Source: Chthonomonadales bacterium
GTDB taxonomy: Bacteria; Armatimonadota; Chthonomonadetes; Chthonomonadales; CAJBBX01
Reading direction: 5' to 3'
Assembly: GCA_037443035.1 (NCBI GenBank)
Contig: JBBIPC010000007.1
Coordinates: 119,658-183,657 of the forward strand
DNA length: 64,000 bases
The notes beneath the pieces were generated by a model. The model was given only the letters and a program-made list of their open reading frames with translations, had not been told where the DNA came from and did no database searches. This document shows positions 1-9,859 of the stretch, one piece after another. Position 1 is the stretch's first letter. The number at the start of each line of letters is the position of its first letter. The position numbers and the translations under genes are program-made.

Positions 1-2734
1 CGACGCCAGATGCGACGGCGTAGACCGTCTCACCGTGTACCGCAGGAGTACCGAAGAATCGCATGTGGGTGAGAAACACACCGTTCGACCGGCGCATGCG
101 TGCCGGGATGCTGACCCGGTTTCCGTTCACGGTCATGTCGAAAGCGTCGTAGAGCGAGTACGTCCAGCGTACACGGCTCTGGTTGGAACCCTGTTCGTGA
201 ACCGCGATCAGGGCGCTGCGTCCCGGGTACGTATCTGAATCGTTGGATGCGCGACCCGTGAAGTAGAGCAGATCGTTCCTGGCCAGGGCCGGTGCGCCAC
301 CGATACTGTTGTTGCTGTCTGTGGGATCCGGCGCCACGAAGACCGAGCGTGCGTTCACCTTCGGGTACGTGCTGCCCACTGGCGGTGCCCAGTCGTAGGT
401 GTAATCCGCCAATATCGTAACAGCCTCGTCAACCGGAGACACCGAGCGTAGTCCCACACGCGTTCCGTCGGGCAGCTCGATGTTCGTGAACTCGACCACC
501 GGCCCGGTTTTGACGCGAGCCTCACCCATGTCGAACAGTTCATGCCATTGGTTGTTGCCCGGGTTGCCCGAAGTTGTGTACTCCAACTCGCGGAACCCGT
601 AGGCGCCATCGGCGGCGCTCCTGTAGACGGCCACCACGCGCGGCCGCAAGGCAGGGTTACTGCCAACTCCGAGGTAGATGTACCACGGAACACGGGCCCG
701 GCTCCGGAAGATCCGATCGGGAGCAGTTACCAGGTTCAGAGGCTCCCCCTTCACGCTGAAGGGGATTGCGCGCACGGACGCTGGCTGGCCCGTGCGAGGG
801 CTCACGTTCACGTAGATCATCTTGTCCGTGGCGCCGGTCAGGTCATCCCGCACGTATCCCACCGTCGGAGCACTGCGGAGCGGCTCGGTGCCAGGTGCGT
901 CCGGCACCAGCCCCTCGCCGGTTCCCGCGGGGCTGCCAATGTGGAAGGGGCTTCCGCCGGTCGCCGGGTCTATGGCCAGTACTCGCCCACCTGCGCTCGT
1001 GCTCAGCGCGGCAAAGATGACACCCTCCGAGAAGGCGACCGCGGGCACGGGATCCGTCGGCCCGAGCCCATAGTCTGTTGCGCCCGTCTGAGCAGGCAGA
1101 ACCGCCCAGTCAGCGACCGTGTAATCCGCGAGACCTGCGTACTGAACCCCGTTCACCGTTCTCAATGCCACTGGCAATGCACGCACCGCCACCACCGTGC
1201 CGTTGGAGAGCACGACGACGACCAGCTCGCGGTTCGGCGACGTCAGCAGCCCGGGCGCCGCTGGTGGATTGGTGTCGAAGAACTCGATCACGGTTGGAGT
1301 GGACGCGCCACTGATGGGTCCGTACTGCTTTAGGTCGAACGCCCAGACGCAGTCGAAGGACGCGCCCGCGTTCAGATCCACCAGACCGTCATCCGGATTG
1401 CCGTCTCCGTCCAGATCCTCTCCTGGATTCGTATCGAAGCAGCGCAAGACGAGGTCGCCACCTACGGCGAAGACGCATCTTCGCAGGAACGCGGCTCCGC
1501 CTACTCTGGACGTTCCTCCTCCAGGAGCCGACCACTTCTCATCGAGCTGGGCAGGCACTCCCTCGATAGCCGAGCCACTTCGCCGCGGATCCACGAAGGC
1601 AGTGCGATGCGCCACCGCCCAAAGCGCCAGGTTGTAGGCGAATTTCAGGTCCTGGGGCTTGGCCGCCAAGAGGTTCTGGCCGCTGATGGCTCCACAGTTG
1701 CCGCCGAATCCCACCTGCACTCCGCCCACATAGTCGTTGATTGCGCACCCTGTGTCTTGCGAGCTGACGACTAGCTTGCCTGCGCCCACTGCACCGGCGA
1801 TTACGTAGGGGCGCCAGTTGGCGTTGGCCGTTCCGCCGGGGCCTTCCGGGTATCCGCGCGTGTTCCATACGACGGGCACGAGTGTCTCCCGTCCCGGAGG
1901 GTTCAGGGCGTTCTTGCCAGCAGACGGATCATAGTAGGTGGGGTCCGATGGATCGTAGGGATTGAAGACGTACCACCCACCGACGTTCTTGTCACCCAGC
2001 GTCCGCACCTCCTGAGGGCTCAGGACGTAGGGGTAGTTCAATAAGGGATGGTTCGGGGTGGCGATGACGGCTCCCGGCTGTCCAGGACCACCGGCCGATC
2101 CGCCGCTATGGAACTGGATGTCGAATAGGAACGGAGCGTAACGGTTGAAGGTGAAGCCCCCGCACTGCTCCACCCACAGGGTGCCGCCACTCTCCACATA
2201 GCTCCGTAACTTCTCGCGGGTGTCAGCCGGCAGGGCCACGTCTGGCTTGTGCGAGTGCATGTACAGCAGGTCGAACTGCTGGAGATCCGAGGATTCCAGC
2301 GCGTCAATGTTGACCTCCCAGTAGGCACCCATGTTCTTGGTCACACGTGCACCCACACGGAAGAGCTCGTACATCGGGTTCCCCGGCGTGAACGCGGGAT
2401 CGTTCCCTCGGCTCCGCCGCCGCCATCGCTCGTGGATGTCGCCCGTGATAACGGCAGGAGCCAGCGGATTCACGAACTCCACGCCGGTTGGCTTCAGATC
2501 CGTCCGCGAGTCCAGCACATAGAACACGTGTGGATCGGGGTTCTCGGAGCCCTGGTTGCCTGGCAGGTCGAGTGCCCGCGTCGCGATGATGCCCACGCGT
2601 ATCTGGCGCCTCTGCGAGGAGTACGTCTGGGCGTCAGCGAGGGCAGACCCCGCCGCCAGGACCAGCAGCGCCCCAACCAGCGTGATACGCACACTCAAGC
2701 CATATTGCATCGGTCTCATCGCCGTATATCCCAT
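1..2734 (-). CDS. Large secreted PQQ-like beta-propeller protein, PilY1-like position (3' end truncated by window edge, >910 aa)
   Basis: Absent from ORF track because no stop lies in the window. Hand translation gives signal peptide (RITLVGALLVLAAGSALA/DAQ), a GATase-like segment (FDLLYMHSH...EKLRSYVESGGTLWVE), a DLDGDGNPD motif (1391-1417) and propeller-type repeats (FFGTPAVHGETVYAV). Start may be GTG 2758 or ATG 2734. Confidence 0.85.
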   Translation of the reverse strand, partial: MGYTAMRPMQYGLSVRITLVGALLVLAAGSALADAQTYSSQRRQIRVGIIATRALDLPGNQGSENPDPHVFYVLDSRTDLKPTGVEFVNPLAPAVITGDIHERWRRRSRGNDPAFTPGNPMYELFRVGARVTKNMGAYWEVNIDALESSDLQQFDLLYMHSHKPDVALPADTREKLRSYVESGGTLWVEQCGGFTFNRYAPFLFDIQFHSGGSAGGPGQPGAVIATPNHPLLNYPYVLSPQEVRTLGDKNVGGWYVFNPYDPSDPTYYDPSAGKNALNPPGRETLVPVVWNTRGYPEGPGGTANANWRPYVIAGAVGAGKLVVSSQDTGCAINDYVGGVQVGFGGNCGAISGQNLLAAKPQDLKFAYNLALWAVAHRTAFVDPRRSGSAIEGVPAQLDEKWSAPGGGTSRVGGAAFLRRCVFAVGGDLVLRCFDTNPGEDLDGDGNPDDGLVDLNAGASFDCVWAFDLKQYGPISGASTPTVIEFFDTNPPAAPGLLTSPNRELVVVVLSNGTVVAVRALPVALRTVNGVQYAGLADYTVADWAVLPAQTGATDYGLGPTDPVPAVAFSEGVIFAALSTSAGGRVLAIDPATGGSPFHIGSPAGTGEGLVPDAPGTEPLRSAPTVGYVRDDLTGATDKMIYVNVSPRTGQPASVRAIPFSVKGEPLNLVTAPDRIFRSRARVPWYIYLGVGSNPALRPRVVAVYRSAADGAYGFRELEYTTSGNPGNNQWHELFDMGEARVKTGPVVEFTNIELPDGTRVGLRSVSPVDEAVTILADYTYDWAPPVGSTYPKVNARSVFVAPDPTDSNNSIGGAPALARNDLLYFTGRASNDSDTYPGRSALIAVHEQGSNQSRVRWTYSLYDAFDMTVNGNRVSIPARMRRSNGVFLTHMRFFGTPAVHGETVYAVASGV

Positions 2735-2760
2735 CGCCACCGGCCGTTCTGTGCGCACCG

Positions 2761-5700
2761 CTACCGATCCTCGCCGAAGTACACGAATCCAGGACACACT
2801 GGCAAGCGCGGCAGCGGTGGAAGCGTCCGGCCGTAATCATCTTGTCGGAAACTTCCGCGCGCGACGTGCGCCCAACCGTTGCGCCGGTAGAAACTCCCGC
2901 CAGTCGGGCTGTAGTTGGAGTAGGGTGCGCCAAGCGCCGGATCATAGAGAATGCGCAGGCCACGGGTGATGCCCGCCGTCCGCTCGATCTGCGCACGAAA
3001 GTCGTTCGTTGCGGGGTTGCCTGTCGGCATACCCACGTCCGTGACGAAGAGATGCTCGCGAGGCACTTCTGCGGCAGTTGTCGAGCTCGGGCTTTCGCCC
3101 GTCGAACCGTAGCGCTGGGGGATGTAGCCCCAGAGCTGCATCCACGCCGCCTGATCCGCCACAGACGCCGTTCGGTTCTCGGCGATGGCCCCGACGATGG
3201 TGATTCGGCAGTCAATCGGCTCGCCGTAGAACGGGAACTCGTCGGCAACTCCGGCTGGCCGTAGCATGGTTCCCTGCTGAGCACCCGAGGCAGCATGACG
3301 CCGCCGAGCGGCATCCCGCGTGTCAGACGGATCCACATTCAGCGGATAACCGGGGATCACGAAGAACGATCCCTCCTGCGCATAGAGCACTGCCTCGATC
3401 CGAACATCCATGGGCACGATGGCAGCACGCGAGAAGAGATAGTCCTGCGTACCGGCCCCCGAAGTGAAGTTCGGGTCCACGGCCGGACGGATCGTGTTCT
3501 TCACGCCGGGCTGCGTGAATAGCGTATAGCTCGTACCGCCGAACGGGAACGAAAACCGCTGCTGTTCGAAGAGGTCCACGCCTGGCTGCGTGCCGTTGTA
3601 CATGGGATAGACCCATGCGGGCACCGGCGGATTAGCGCTCACGTTGAACCTGTAGAAAGGATCGCCGGGCGACGGTGGCGGATATGCCTCGTTGATCGCC
3701 AGGTTGAGATACGTGATGCCGGGTGGTGCGCCGTGTCGCATGAGCAGGAACGGTCCGCCAGCAAGTGTGTACTGGGTCGGGTCGTCGCCGAACGCGAACT
3801 CCAGCGCGAATGGTGGCGTCCGTGCGGCCTCACCCAGATCGATGTTGGTATGGTAGGGCGGAAGCTCGTTCTGGTTGCTCGAAGCGAAGGTCATGGGCTT
3901 GTTGGGCGCCACGAACATCGTCGTATTGACAACCACGTTCTCGCGAGCCAGCAACGCGATCATGGACCCTGCGCTCCGGTCGGCATTGGGCCCGCCGGTG
4001 TTCTCGCGTACCAGGCTTCCCTCTATATAGATGTTCCTTCCGGAAACCAACGTGATGGAGGGCGGGTTCACGGCATCGCGGATGGCGTCGGCCGTCAGGC
4101 CATCCGTGTCACCGGCCTCCTGCCGAATAGGAATGTTGGCAACGGCAGGCAGAAGCCCTTTGACTCTCACGTTGCCTTCGGCGTAGATGACACCGTTGAA
4201 CTCCGGCAAGAACCTGTTGATCTCGGCATCCGTCATGCCCTGGTCATTGGCCAAGAAGTCCCTGTACAGCGCGTTGTCCAGCTTGAGTACGGGGCGGCGT
4301 CCCGCTGCTTTGTAGATGAAAAAGGTGAACACCTGCTCCCGCGTTCGAATGAGGCCGCTGGGGTCCACCCACATGGCGTCGCTGACGTCTCGAACGATGC
4401 GAAAGCCAGGCGTACGGACGTAGCTGCCAGGTATGGGGGCTCCGTTGACGTCCCGCTCTTGCACGATCGGATACCCGAACTCGATCATGGCAGCCGGCGG
4501 AATGTAGTAGGGCCCGTTCCAATAGGGGCTGGAACCCGGTCGGAGCCATACGGAGCGGAGGGACTGTCCGCCTGCGACGCCTGTCGTCTCCAGTTCGCGG
4601 CTTCGCGTGTTGTTGATGTAGATGCCTGCGCCAAGGCCGATGCGGCCGGTATTCACCCATCCGCCACGCGTTCTCCGGCGCAGGGTCCACCCTGAATCCC
4701 TCGTCAACAGCACGTACCGCCCAACACCCGAAGAGGGATCCGAGGCGTCTATGCTCGGCGGTTCCAGCCGGCTGATGCTCCGCGCGTAGCCGTTGATGTC
4801 CGGGGTCGGCGCGGCATCTCGGATGAGGCCACCGTACGTGCGATACGCTGGCGCGTCGCTGGGCAGGATCACAGGCAGGCCCGTGCCGGTACCCAGCGGC
4901 GGCGGCAGGGGATCCACGTTACCCGCATTGACCGACAGGTCGTTGATACGCGGCAGTTGTCTCGTGGGATCGTTGGGATCGGCGGGTTCCACCTTCACAT
5001 TGCCAGCCACGTAGACAGCCTCGCTGTTCCGTGGATTCAGTGCGATGGTCACGTTATGGAGCAGCCGCAGGTCCCCGTTGATGTACATAGGTGCGCCGGG
5101 CAGGGGATAGCTAGCCGGTGGCGCGTTCAGACCGACCGGACGCACTGGTAGGCCACCTAGCTGCATCCACGCCGGCACACCGATGGGAGGCATTCCGATG
5201 GCAGCCTCGAACTTGCTTTCCTTGTCCCGGTTGGTGACGAACCGCAGGTAATCGGTGATACCGATGGCCTTGTGGGCGATCCGACGCCGCATGAGCCTCG
5301 GTGCAGGCGCCGCGGTGAAGGTGGTCGGGTCCTGGGGATCCACGAAACCAGGCCGGCCGATGGACTCGATCCGCAGGTACTTCCCGAGCGGCTTCTGAGG
5401 ATCGGGTTCCATGCTGACCCGTACCAGGGCTCGGCCGCGGCTCAAAGGTATGCGTGTGTAGAGACCCGTCTCCAGCCAGCGTCGGTCCGGATCACGGGCG
5501 TCGGTCAGAGGCGTGGGCGTTGGTCGCCAGTCGGCTCCCTCTGGGCTGTTCTCCAGGAAGTCGCTGACATACCTGATGCCTGCATCGGCCAGGGCCGCTG
5601 CCGAGACAGTCTCGCGGGCCCGACCAGCGTTGAGGAGGTTTCGAGCGACGAGACCCACGAACAGCCCACCGATGAAAAGCATGACGAACAGCGCAATGAC

Positions 5701-5784
5701 GGCCACGATGAGGGATTGGCCGCGTTCGTGGCGCCGGTCGCGTCTGACGTCCAGTTGGTACCTCATGTCGCTTCTGGTCCTCAT
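2761..5784 (-). CDS. Giant PilX/GspK-like minor pilin (1007 aa)
   Basis: Class III-like signal ERG/QSLIVAVIALFVMLFIGG lacking Glu5, then ARETVSAAALADAGIRY, typical of PilX N-termini; lies in the pilus operon. Confidence 0.75.
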   Translation of the reverse strand: MRTRSDMRYQLDVRRDRRHERGQSLIVAVIALFVMLFIGGLFVGLVARNLLNAGRARETVSAAALADAGIRYVSDFLENSPEGADWRPTPTPLTDARDPDRRWLETGLYTRIPLSRGRALVRVSMEPDPQKPLGKYLRIESIGRPGFVDPQDPTTFTAAPAPRLMRRRIAHKAIGITDYLRFVTNRDKESKFEAAIGMPPIGVPAWMQLGGLPVRPVGLNAPPASYPLPGAPMYINGDLRLLHNVTIALNPRNSEAVYVAGNVKVEPADPNDPTRQLPRINDLSVNAGNVDPLPPPLGTGTGLPVILPSDAPAYRTYGGLIRDAAPTPDINGYARSISRLEPPSIDASDPSSGVGRYVLLTRDSGWTLRRRTRGGWVNTGRIGLGAGIYINNTRSRELETTGVAGGQSLRSVWLRPGSSPYWNGPYYIPPAAMIEFGYPIVQERDVNGAPIPGSYVRTPGFRIVRDVSDAMWVDPSGLIRTREQVFTFFIYKAAGRRPVLKLDNALYRDFLANDQGMTDAEINRFLPEFNGVIYAEGNVRVKGLLPAVANIPIRQEAGDTDGLTADAIRDAVNPPSITLVSGRNIYIEGSLVRENTGGPNADRSAGSMIALLARENVVVNTTMFVAPNKPMTFASSNQNELPPYHTNIDLGEAARTPPFALEFAFGDDPTQYTLAGGPFLLMRHGAPPGITYLNLAINEAYPPPSPGDPFYRFNVSANPPVPAWVYPMYNGTQPGVDLFEQQRFSFPFGGTSYTLFTQPGVKNTIRPAVDPNFTSGAGTQDYLFSRAAIVPMDVRIEAVLYAQEGSFFVIPGYPLNVDPSDTRDAARRRHAASGAQQGTMLRPAGVADEFPFYGEPIDCRITIVGAIAENRTASVADQAAWMQLWGYIPQRYGSTGESPSSTTAAEVPREHLFVTDVGMPTGNPATNDFRAQIERTAGITRGLRILYDPALGAPYSNYSPTGGSFYRRNGWAHVARGSFRQDDYGRTLPPLPRLPVCPGFVYFGEDR

Positions 5785-5796
5785 GTCGCGCCGCTC

Positions 5797-7860
5797 CTAC
5801 CGCTGCAAGTTCCGCACGCGTATCTTCTGCGTGAGCGTGGCCGACTGCGGCTGACCGGAGTTGAAATCGTACAGCTTGACACTCACCGCCGCGGTCATGA
5901 GTTGGCGGGTCAGGTAGCTAGCCTTCACTACATCGGAGCTGCGGTTGTTCTGGATCTGGTACGTCACTTCGATGAAGACAGGGTTGCCACTGCCATCTAG
6001 GCTCTCCGGCAGTGAATTCGGAGTTCCGGCCGCGTCGTCTGCACTGTTGAAGATGATGGTCCCAGCACGCTGAATCGTGCGCAACATAGCCTGCACCCGC
6101 GGGTCCGGATCCGTGATGGATAGGTTCGCGTTGGCGATGTTGGCATAGTTGATCAGATACTCGTTGGGTCCAAGGCGCTTAGGATCCGTGTACCGAGGTG
6201 CCCGCGTGTACGTGATCGGCTGACCATAGTGTGGCCCCGGCCGCATGTCCGGTCCTACCACTGTTTCGGATCCCGGCACGATGCGCACGTCGGGGATGCG
6301 CGCCAACGCAGGCTGAGGATCCGCCGGATTGTCTGCAGGCAACATGCCGGTGGGGTTCTCGGTCGCGTCGTACGGCAGGAGCGACACGGTACGGTATGCG
6401 TTCAGCGCGTTACCAGCCGTGGTACGAACATAGTTGAACTCAGCGTTTGCCTGCGACGGCCGGATCCTGGTCGGCTCGCTTGCTCCACTCTGAGTGATGC
6501 TATGCGGGAAGGCGAAGTTGATAACTCCGCGCCTCTCGTCCACGGTGAACATGAGGAACCGCCCCGGCACCATGGTTGCCGGCAGCGCCCACGGCCGCTT
6601 CGGATCGAAGCCCGTGTCTTGGGCGCTCATGATGGTGCCCGAGGTCGTGTCGAAAGTCACGTATTGCACGTTATGGCCGGTCACACCATCCCAGAAGAAG
6701 TACTCCAGCGGTTGAGCTGCCAGGTCGCTCCGATAGACGTAGGTCGCGAACGGAATGGCCCAGTGGCCGTAAGACTGTATCTCGGCGCTCGGCGGTACGC
6801 TGGGTGCCTCCGAGCTTGTGTCATCCGTGGAGCTAGGCACGCCCGGATCGTTGCCGATATAGGACGGCTGGAAGCGCACCTCCGGCGATATCCGCATGCG
6901 AGGCAGTCCGGCAACCGTGTCGTACACCGGATCGCCGTTGATGTCCCTCGTAGCCGTCACCATGTCGGCACGATCTACCGGCACGAGGGAGCGAGCAATG
7001 GCCTTCCAGTTCTCGCTGTAGTTCACCTGCCCGTCTCCGTTCAGGTCCTTCCAGCCAGGCATGGCAGGCGACGTGATGGAGGGATCGGACGGCTGCTGCA
7101 CGACATCGTTGTCGTAGAAGAAGTTGGCATCGGCCAGTGCGCGGTCCACTGTACCGTGCCGTCCCAGGTTGATGAGCCTCGTGTCCACGCTGCCGTTGCG
7201 CGTGTACACGGAAAACACGGCGCGGTACAGCAGGAACGTGTTATGGTCGTCATCGAGCAGAGTGGGGTTGCGCTTGCTCTCGTAGATATTGACATAGGGC
7301 TTGATGGGACGTCCGCTGGTGCCATACGTCCCGTCCGCCATAGTCGCGTTGTCGCGCAGGCCGATCCAATAGCGGTGGATCACACGCCCTGGCGCCACCG
7401 GCAGGGCAAGGTCGCCTCGTGCTTCCTCCACAGGCAGCCCGGTCGTCGGATCGATTGGAATGGTCGGGTCCAACGTCGGGTTCTGGTCGTTCACCCTCGC
7501 AGGTGGCACCAGGTCCATTCTCGCAAATGGTACGCCCATGGGCACTGCAGGCATGGCGCCCGTCCCACGTGGTGAACGAGGATCCGGCACCCAGAAGTTC
7601 ACATCCTGTCCGCTATTGTCGAACACGAACACACCGTCGGCGATGTCCCGTTCGATCTGTTCCATGACCTGACGAGCCGCATCCTGGGCCAGCACCTGCA
7701 CGCGCGCCCGGTTGGTCAGGTTGAACCCCTGGATCATGGGTCCGAAGAGAAGCCCTAGCAGGATGACGGTGATCGCCATGACCACCAGCATCTCCACGAG
7801 GGTGAAACCCCTCTGGCGGTTTGCTTGGACGCTATGCCTAAAGGCGAAGCCAGGTGTCAT
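5797..7860 (-). CDS. Giant PilW-like prepilin (687 aa)
   Basis: QRG/FTLVEMLVVMAITVILLGLLF methylation motif; AARQVMEQIERDI helix; DLNGDGQVN motif. Confidence 0.8.
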   Translation of the reverse strand: MTPGFAFRHSVQANRQRGFTLVEMLVVMAITVILLGLLFGPMIQGFNLTNRARVQVLAQDAARQVMEQIERDIADGVFVFDNSGQDVNFWVPDPRSPRGTGAMPAVPMGVPFARMDLVPPARVNDQNPTLDPTIPIDPTTGLPVEEARGDLALPVAPGRVIHRYWIGLRDNATMADGTYGTSGRPIKPYVNIYESKRNPTLLDDDHNTFLLYRAVFSVYTRNGSVDTRLINLGRHGTVDRALADANFFYDNDVVQQPSDPSITSPAMPGWKDLNGDGQVNYSENWKAIARSLVPVDRADMVTATRDINGDPVYDTVAGLPRMRISPEVRFQPSYIGNDPGVPSSTDDTSSEAPSVPPSAEIQSYGHWAIPFATYVYRSDLAAQPLEYFFWDGVTGHNVQYVTFDTTSGTIMSAQDTGFDPKRPWALPATMVPGRFLMFTVDERRGVINFAFPHSITQSGASEPTRIRPSQANAEFNYVRTTAGNALNAYRTVSLLPYDATENPTGMLPADNPADPQPALARIPDVRIVPGSETVVGPDMRPGPHYGQPITYTRAPRYTDPKRLGPNEYLINYANIANANLSITDPDPRVQAMLRTIQRAGTIIFNSADDAAGTPNSLPESLDGSGNPVFIEVTYQIQNNRSSDVVKASYLTRQLMTAAVSVKLYDFNSGQPQSATLTQKIRVRNLQR

Positions 7861-7873
7861 CGTCGTGCCTGCC

Positions 7874-9766
7874 TCAGTTCGAACCTCTGGTCAGGAATGT
7901 GTCCAGGTCGTTGCGTCGCCAACGAAGCGTCGTCACGTTGGAGCCACCGGCGGTCCGTGTCACAGTGGCGCCGCCGTTCCACACCACACGAACCTTGAAC
8001 GAGATGCCTTCTACACCCTGTGCGACGACGACCGGCTGGTCCAGCGCCCACCCAACGGCCTGATCCGTCGGCGAGTTGTGGTTGTCCAGCAGGTCGATCC
8101 AGGTCAAGAAGCCGAAGCCCATGCTCTGGAACAGGAGGGGATCGGCGTTGATCCGATAGGTCTCGTTGGTACCGCGTCGCAACGTGATGGTATTCGTCAG
8201 GGTATTCAGCGAGTAGTACCAGAACTCGCGGATGTTGATGGTCTTCCCCGCTTCCATGAGCGAGAAATACATGCGGGTAGGCTCGCCTTTGTAGCGGCCA
8301 CCGCCAAGGTAGAACTCTCCATAGCCTAGGTTGGACGTGTTTGTGCGGGACATTCTGTAGCTCGCCGCCGCCTTCTGGATCTGCACACCCCAATCACCGT
8401 GTGCCTTGTAATAGAAGCGGAAAGTCGGCGATTCGTTCCGCATGCGGTAGGCGTCGCCGTAGGCATCACTGAACGTGACGATACCGTCCTTGTAGTTGAC
8501 GGTATACTCGCTGGCCGGCACCTCTTCGCCGTTGGAGAGGTTGTAGATGAGCACCGACACTGGCGGGCTAGCCGGATCTCTCCAAATCCCCGTGTACTTC
8601 CGCTGGTCGCTCTCGTATTCACCGACTCGCTTGATGTTCTTCAGGGTCAGTCGCACGGTGTACGGCGGTCCACCCGGAAGGGGACGGTCATCGCGAATGA
8701 TGTGCCAGTCGAGAACGTTGTAGTCTATCTTCGCCGTCAGTGGCACATTGCCATAGGCCGAACGTTCCACGTAGTCTCTTCCGCGCGGGTTGAAGATCAG
8801 CACGCCTACCGTGGCGTACGGAGCCACTTGCGGCGTCCTGGGCAGCACGGCGTACTCATAGGGGTCGCTGGAGAAGGCAGGTGGATAGGGTAGGCGCACG
8901 AACTCGCGGGAGACCGTATCGCTCCCGGGAACGATGGTCCTGCCGCCTGGCGCGTAGATGGGCTGCCAGACCGGATAAACCCCGGCCGGCACACCGATCT
9001 GCTGGGCTGCTACCGTCGAGATGTCGCCGTTGGGACCGTGGTAGCTGTACGTGATCTTGTACACACGGTTGTAGGGCGCCGGGTAGAAAGCTATCAGCCC
9101 ATCGTCATAGTCAATGGCGTATTGCCATAAGTTTCGCAGGTAGGGACCATTGGGATCTTCGGAGCTCTGCACGCTGCGCCGTAGGGGCGCACCCGTAACC
9201 ACAATGCTGTCCACAGGAACGTTGTTGGCGTCCAGTCCAGGGTAGTCGAAGGCAGGTCCAGAGCTCAGGACGTAGACCGATCCGCGCACTCCACCACCCA
9301 GGGGGGACGGATTGGGGATCCGGACCGTCTCTCCGCGTATCCAGCGGATACGGTTGATGCCGGAGACGTAATAGGGATCTATGCCAGGGGCGACGACCGA
9401 AGGCGTGGACATGTCGTCGGGTGTCGTATCGAGGTCCACCTTGATGTAATAACCCGTGGGCGAGCTAGGATCCTGAACGATGACCGTGGGCAGGACGGCG
9501 TCCATGAGGGTGGCCTGGGCCGTTGAGTACCGGCTCAGCTCCTGGGAAGCCAGTCGGGAGGCGAGCGTTCGGGCTTCGGTCTGCTTGTTGACGAAGAAGC
9601 CCACGGGGAACAGGCGTACAACGGTAAGGATGCCGATCGTCAGCACCACCATGACGACCAGCACCTCGATAAGCGAGATGCCTCGGCTTCCCAGGAACCG
9701 CGGCTGGCGTCGGCTGTTGCCGTCCGATCCCCTTGGTCGCGGTCCGTTCCTTCCCCTATGTGTCAT
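7874..9766 (-). CDS. Giant PilV-like prepilin (630 aa)
   Basis: SRG/ISLIEVLVVMVVLTIGILTVVRLF; the EVLV...IGIL pattern resembles PilV. Confidence 0.8.
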   Translation of the reverse strand: MTHRGRNGPRPRGSDGNSRRQPRFLGSRGISLIEVLVVMVVLTIGILTVVRLFPVGFFVNKQTEARTLASRLASQELSRYSTAQATLMDAVLPTVIVQDPSSPTGYYIKVDLDTTPDDMSTPSVVAPGIDPYYVSGINRIRWIRGETVRIPNPSPLGGGVRGSVYVLSSGPAFDYPGLDANNVPVDSIVVTGAPLRRSVQSSEDPNGPYLRNLWQYAIDYDDGLIAFYPAPYNRVYKITYSYHGPNGDISTVAAQQIGVPAGVYPVWQPIYAPGGRTIVPGSDTVSREFVRLPYPPAFSSDPYEYAVLPRTPQVAPYATVGVLIFNPRGRDYVERSAYGNVPLTAKIDYNVLDWHIIRDDRPLPGGPPYTVRLTLKNIKRVGEYESDQRKYTGIWRDPASPPVSVLIYNLSNGEEVPASEYTVNYKDGIVTFSDAYGDAYRMRNESPTFRFYYKAHGDWGVQIQKAAASYRMSRTNTSNLGYGEFYLGGGRYKGEPTRMYFSLMEAGKTINIREFWYYSLNTLTNTITLRRGTNETYRINADPLLFQSMGFGFLTWIDLLDNHNSPTDQAVGWALDQPVVVAQGVEGISFKVRVVWNGGATVTRTAGGSNVTTLRWRRNDLDTFLTRGSN

Positions 9767-9859
9767 CGGTCTTGCCTCTCGAGCTCGATCCTACTTCGGT
9801 ATGTCGTCCATGTAGCCCCGGTCGGCGGCGTTCCCGCCCCGCACGACCCTGCTGCGCTC

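Noticed and set aside
542..1333. Plus-strand 263-aa ORF and other long antisense or off-frame ORFs (e.g. 3733-4695, 6229-7575, 11855-12970, 27556-28986, 45874-47181, 56177-57388)
   Set aside because: Shadows of well-supported genes in GC-rich DNA; no recognisable motifs.
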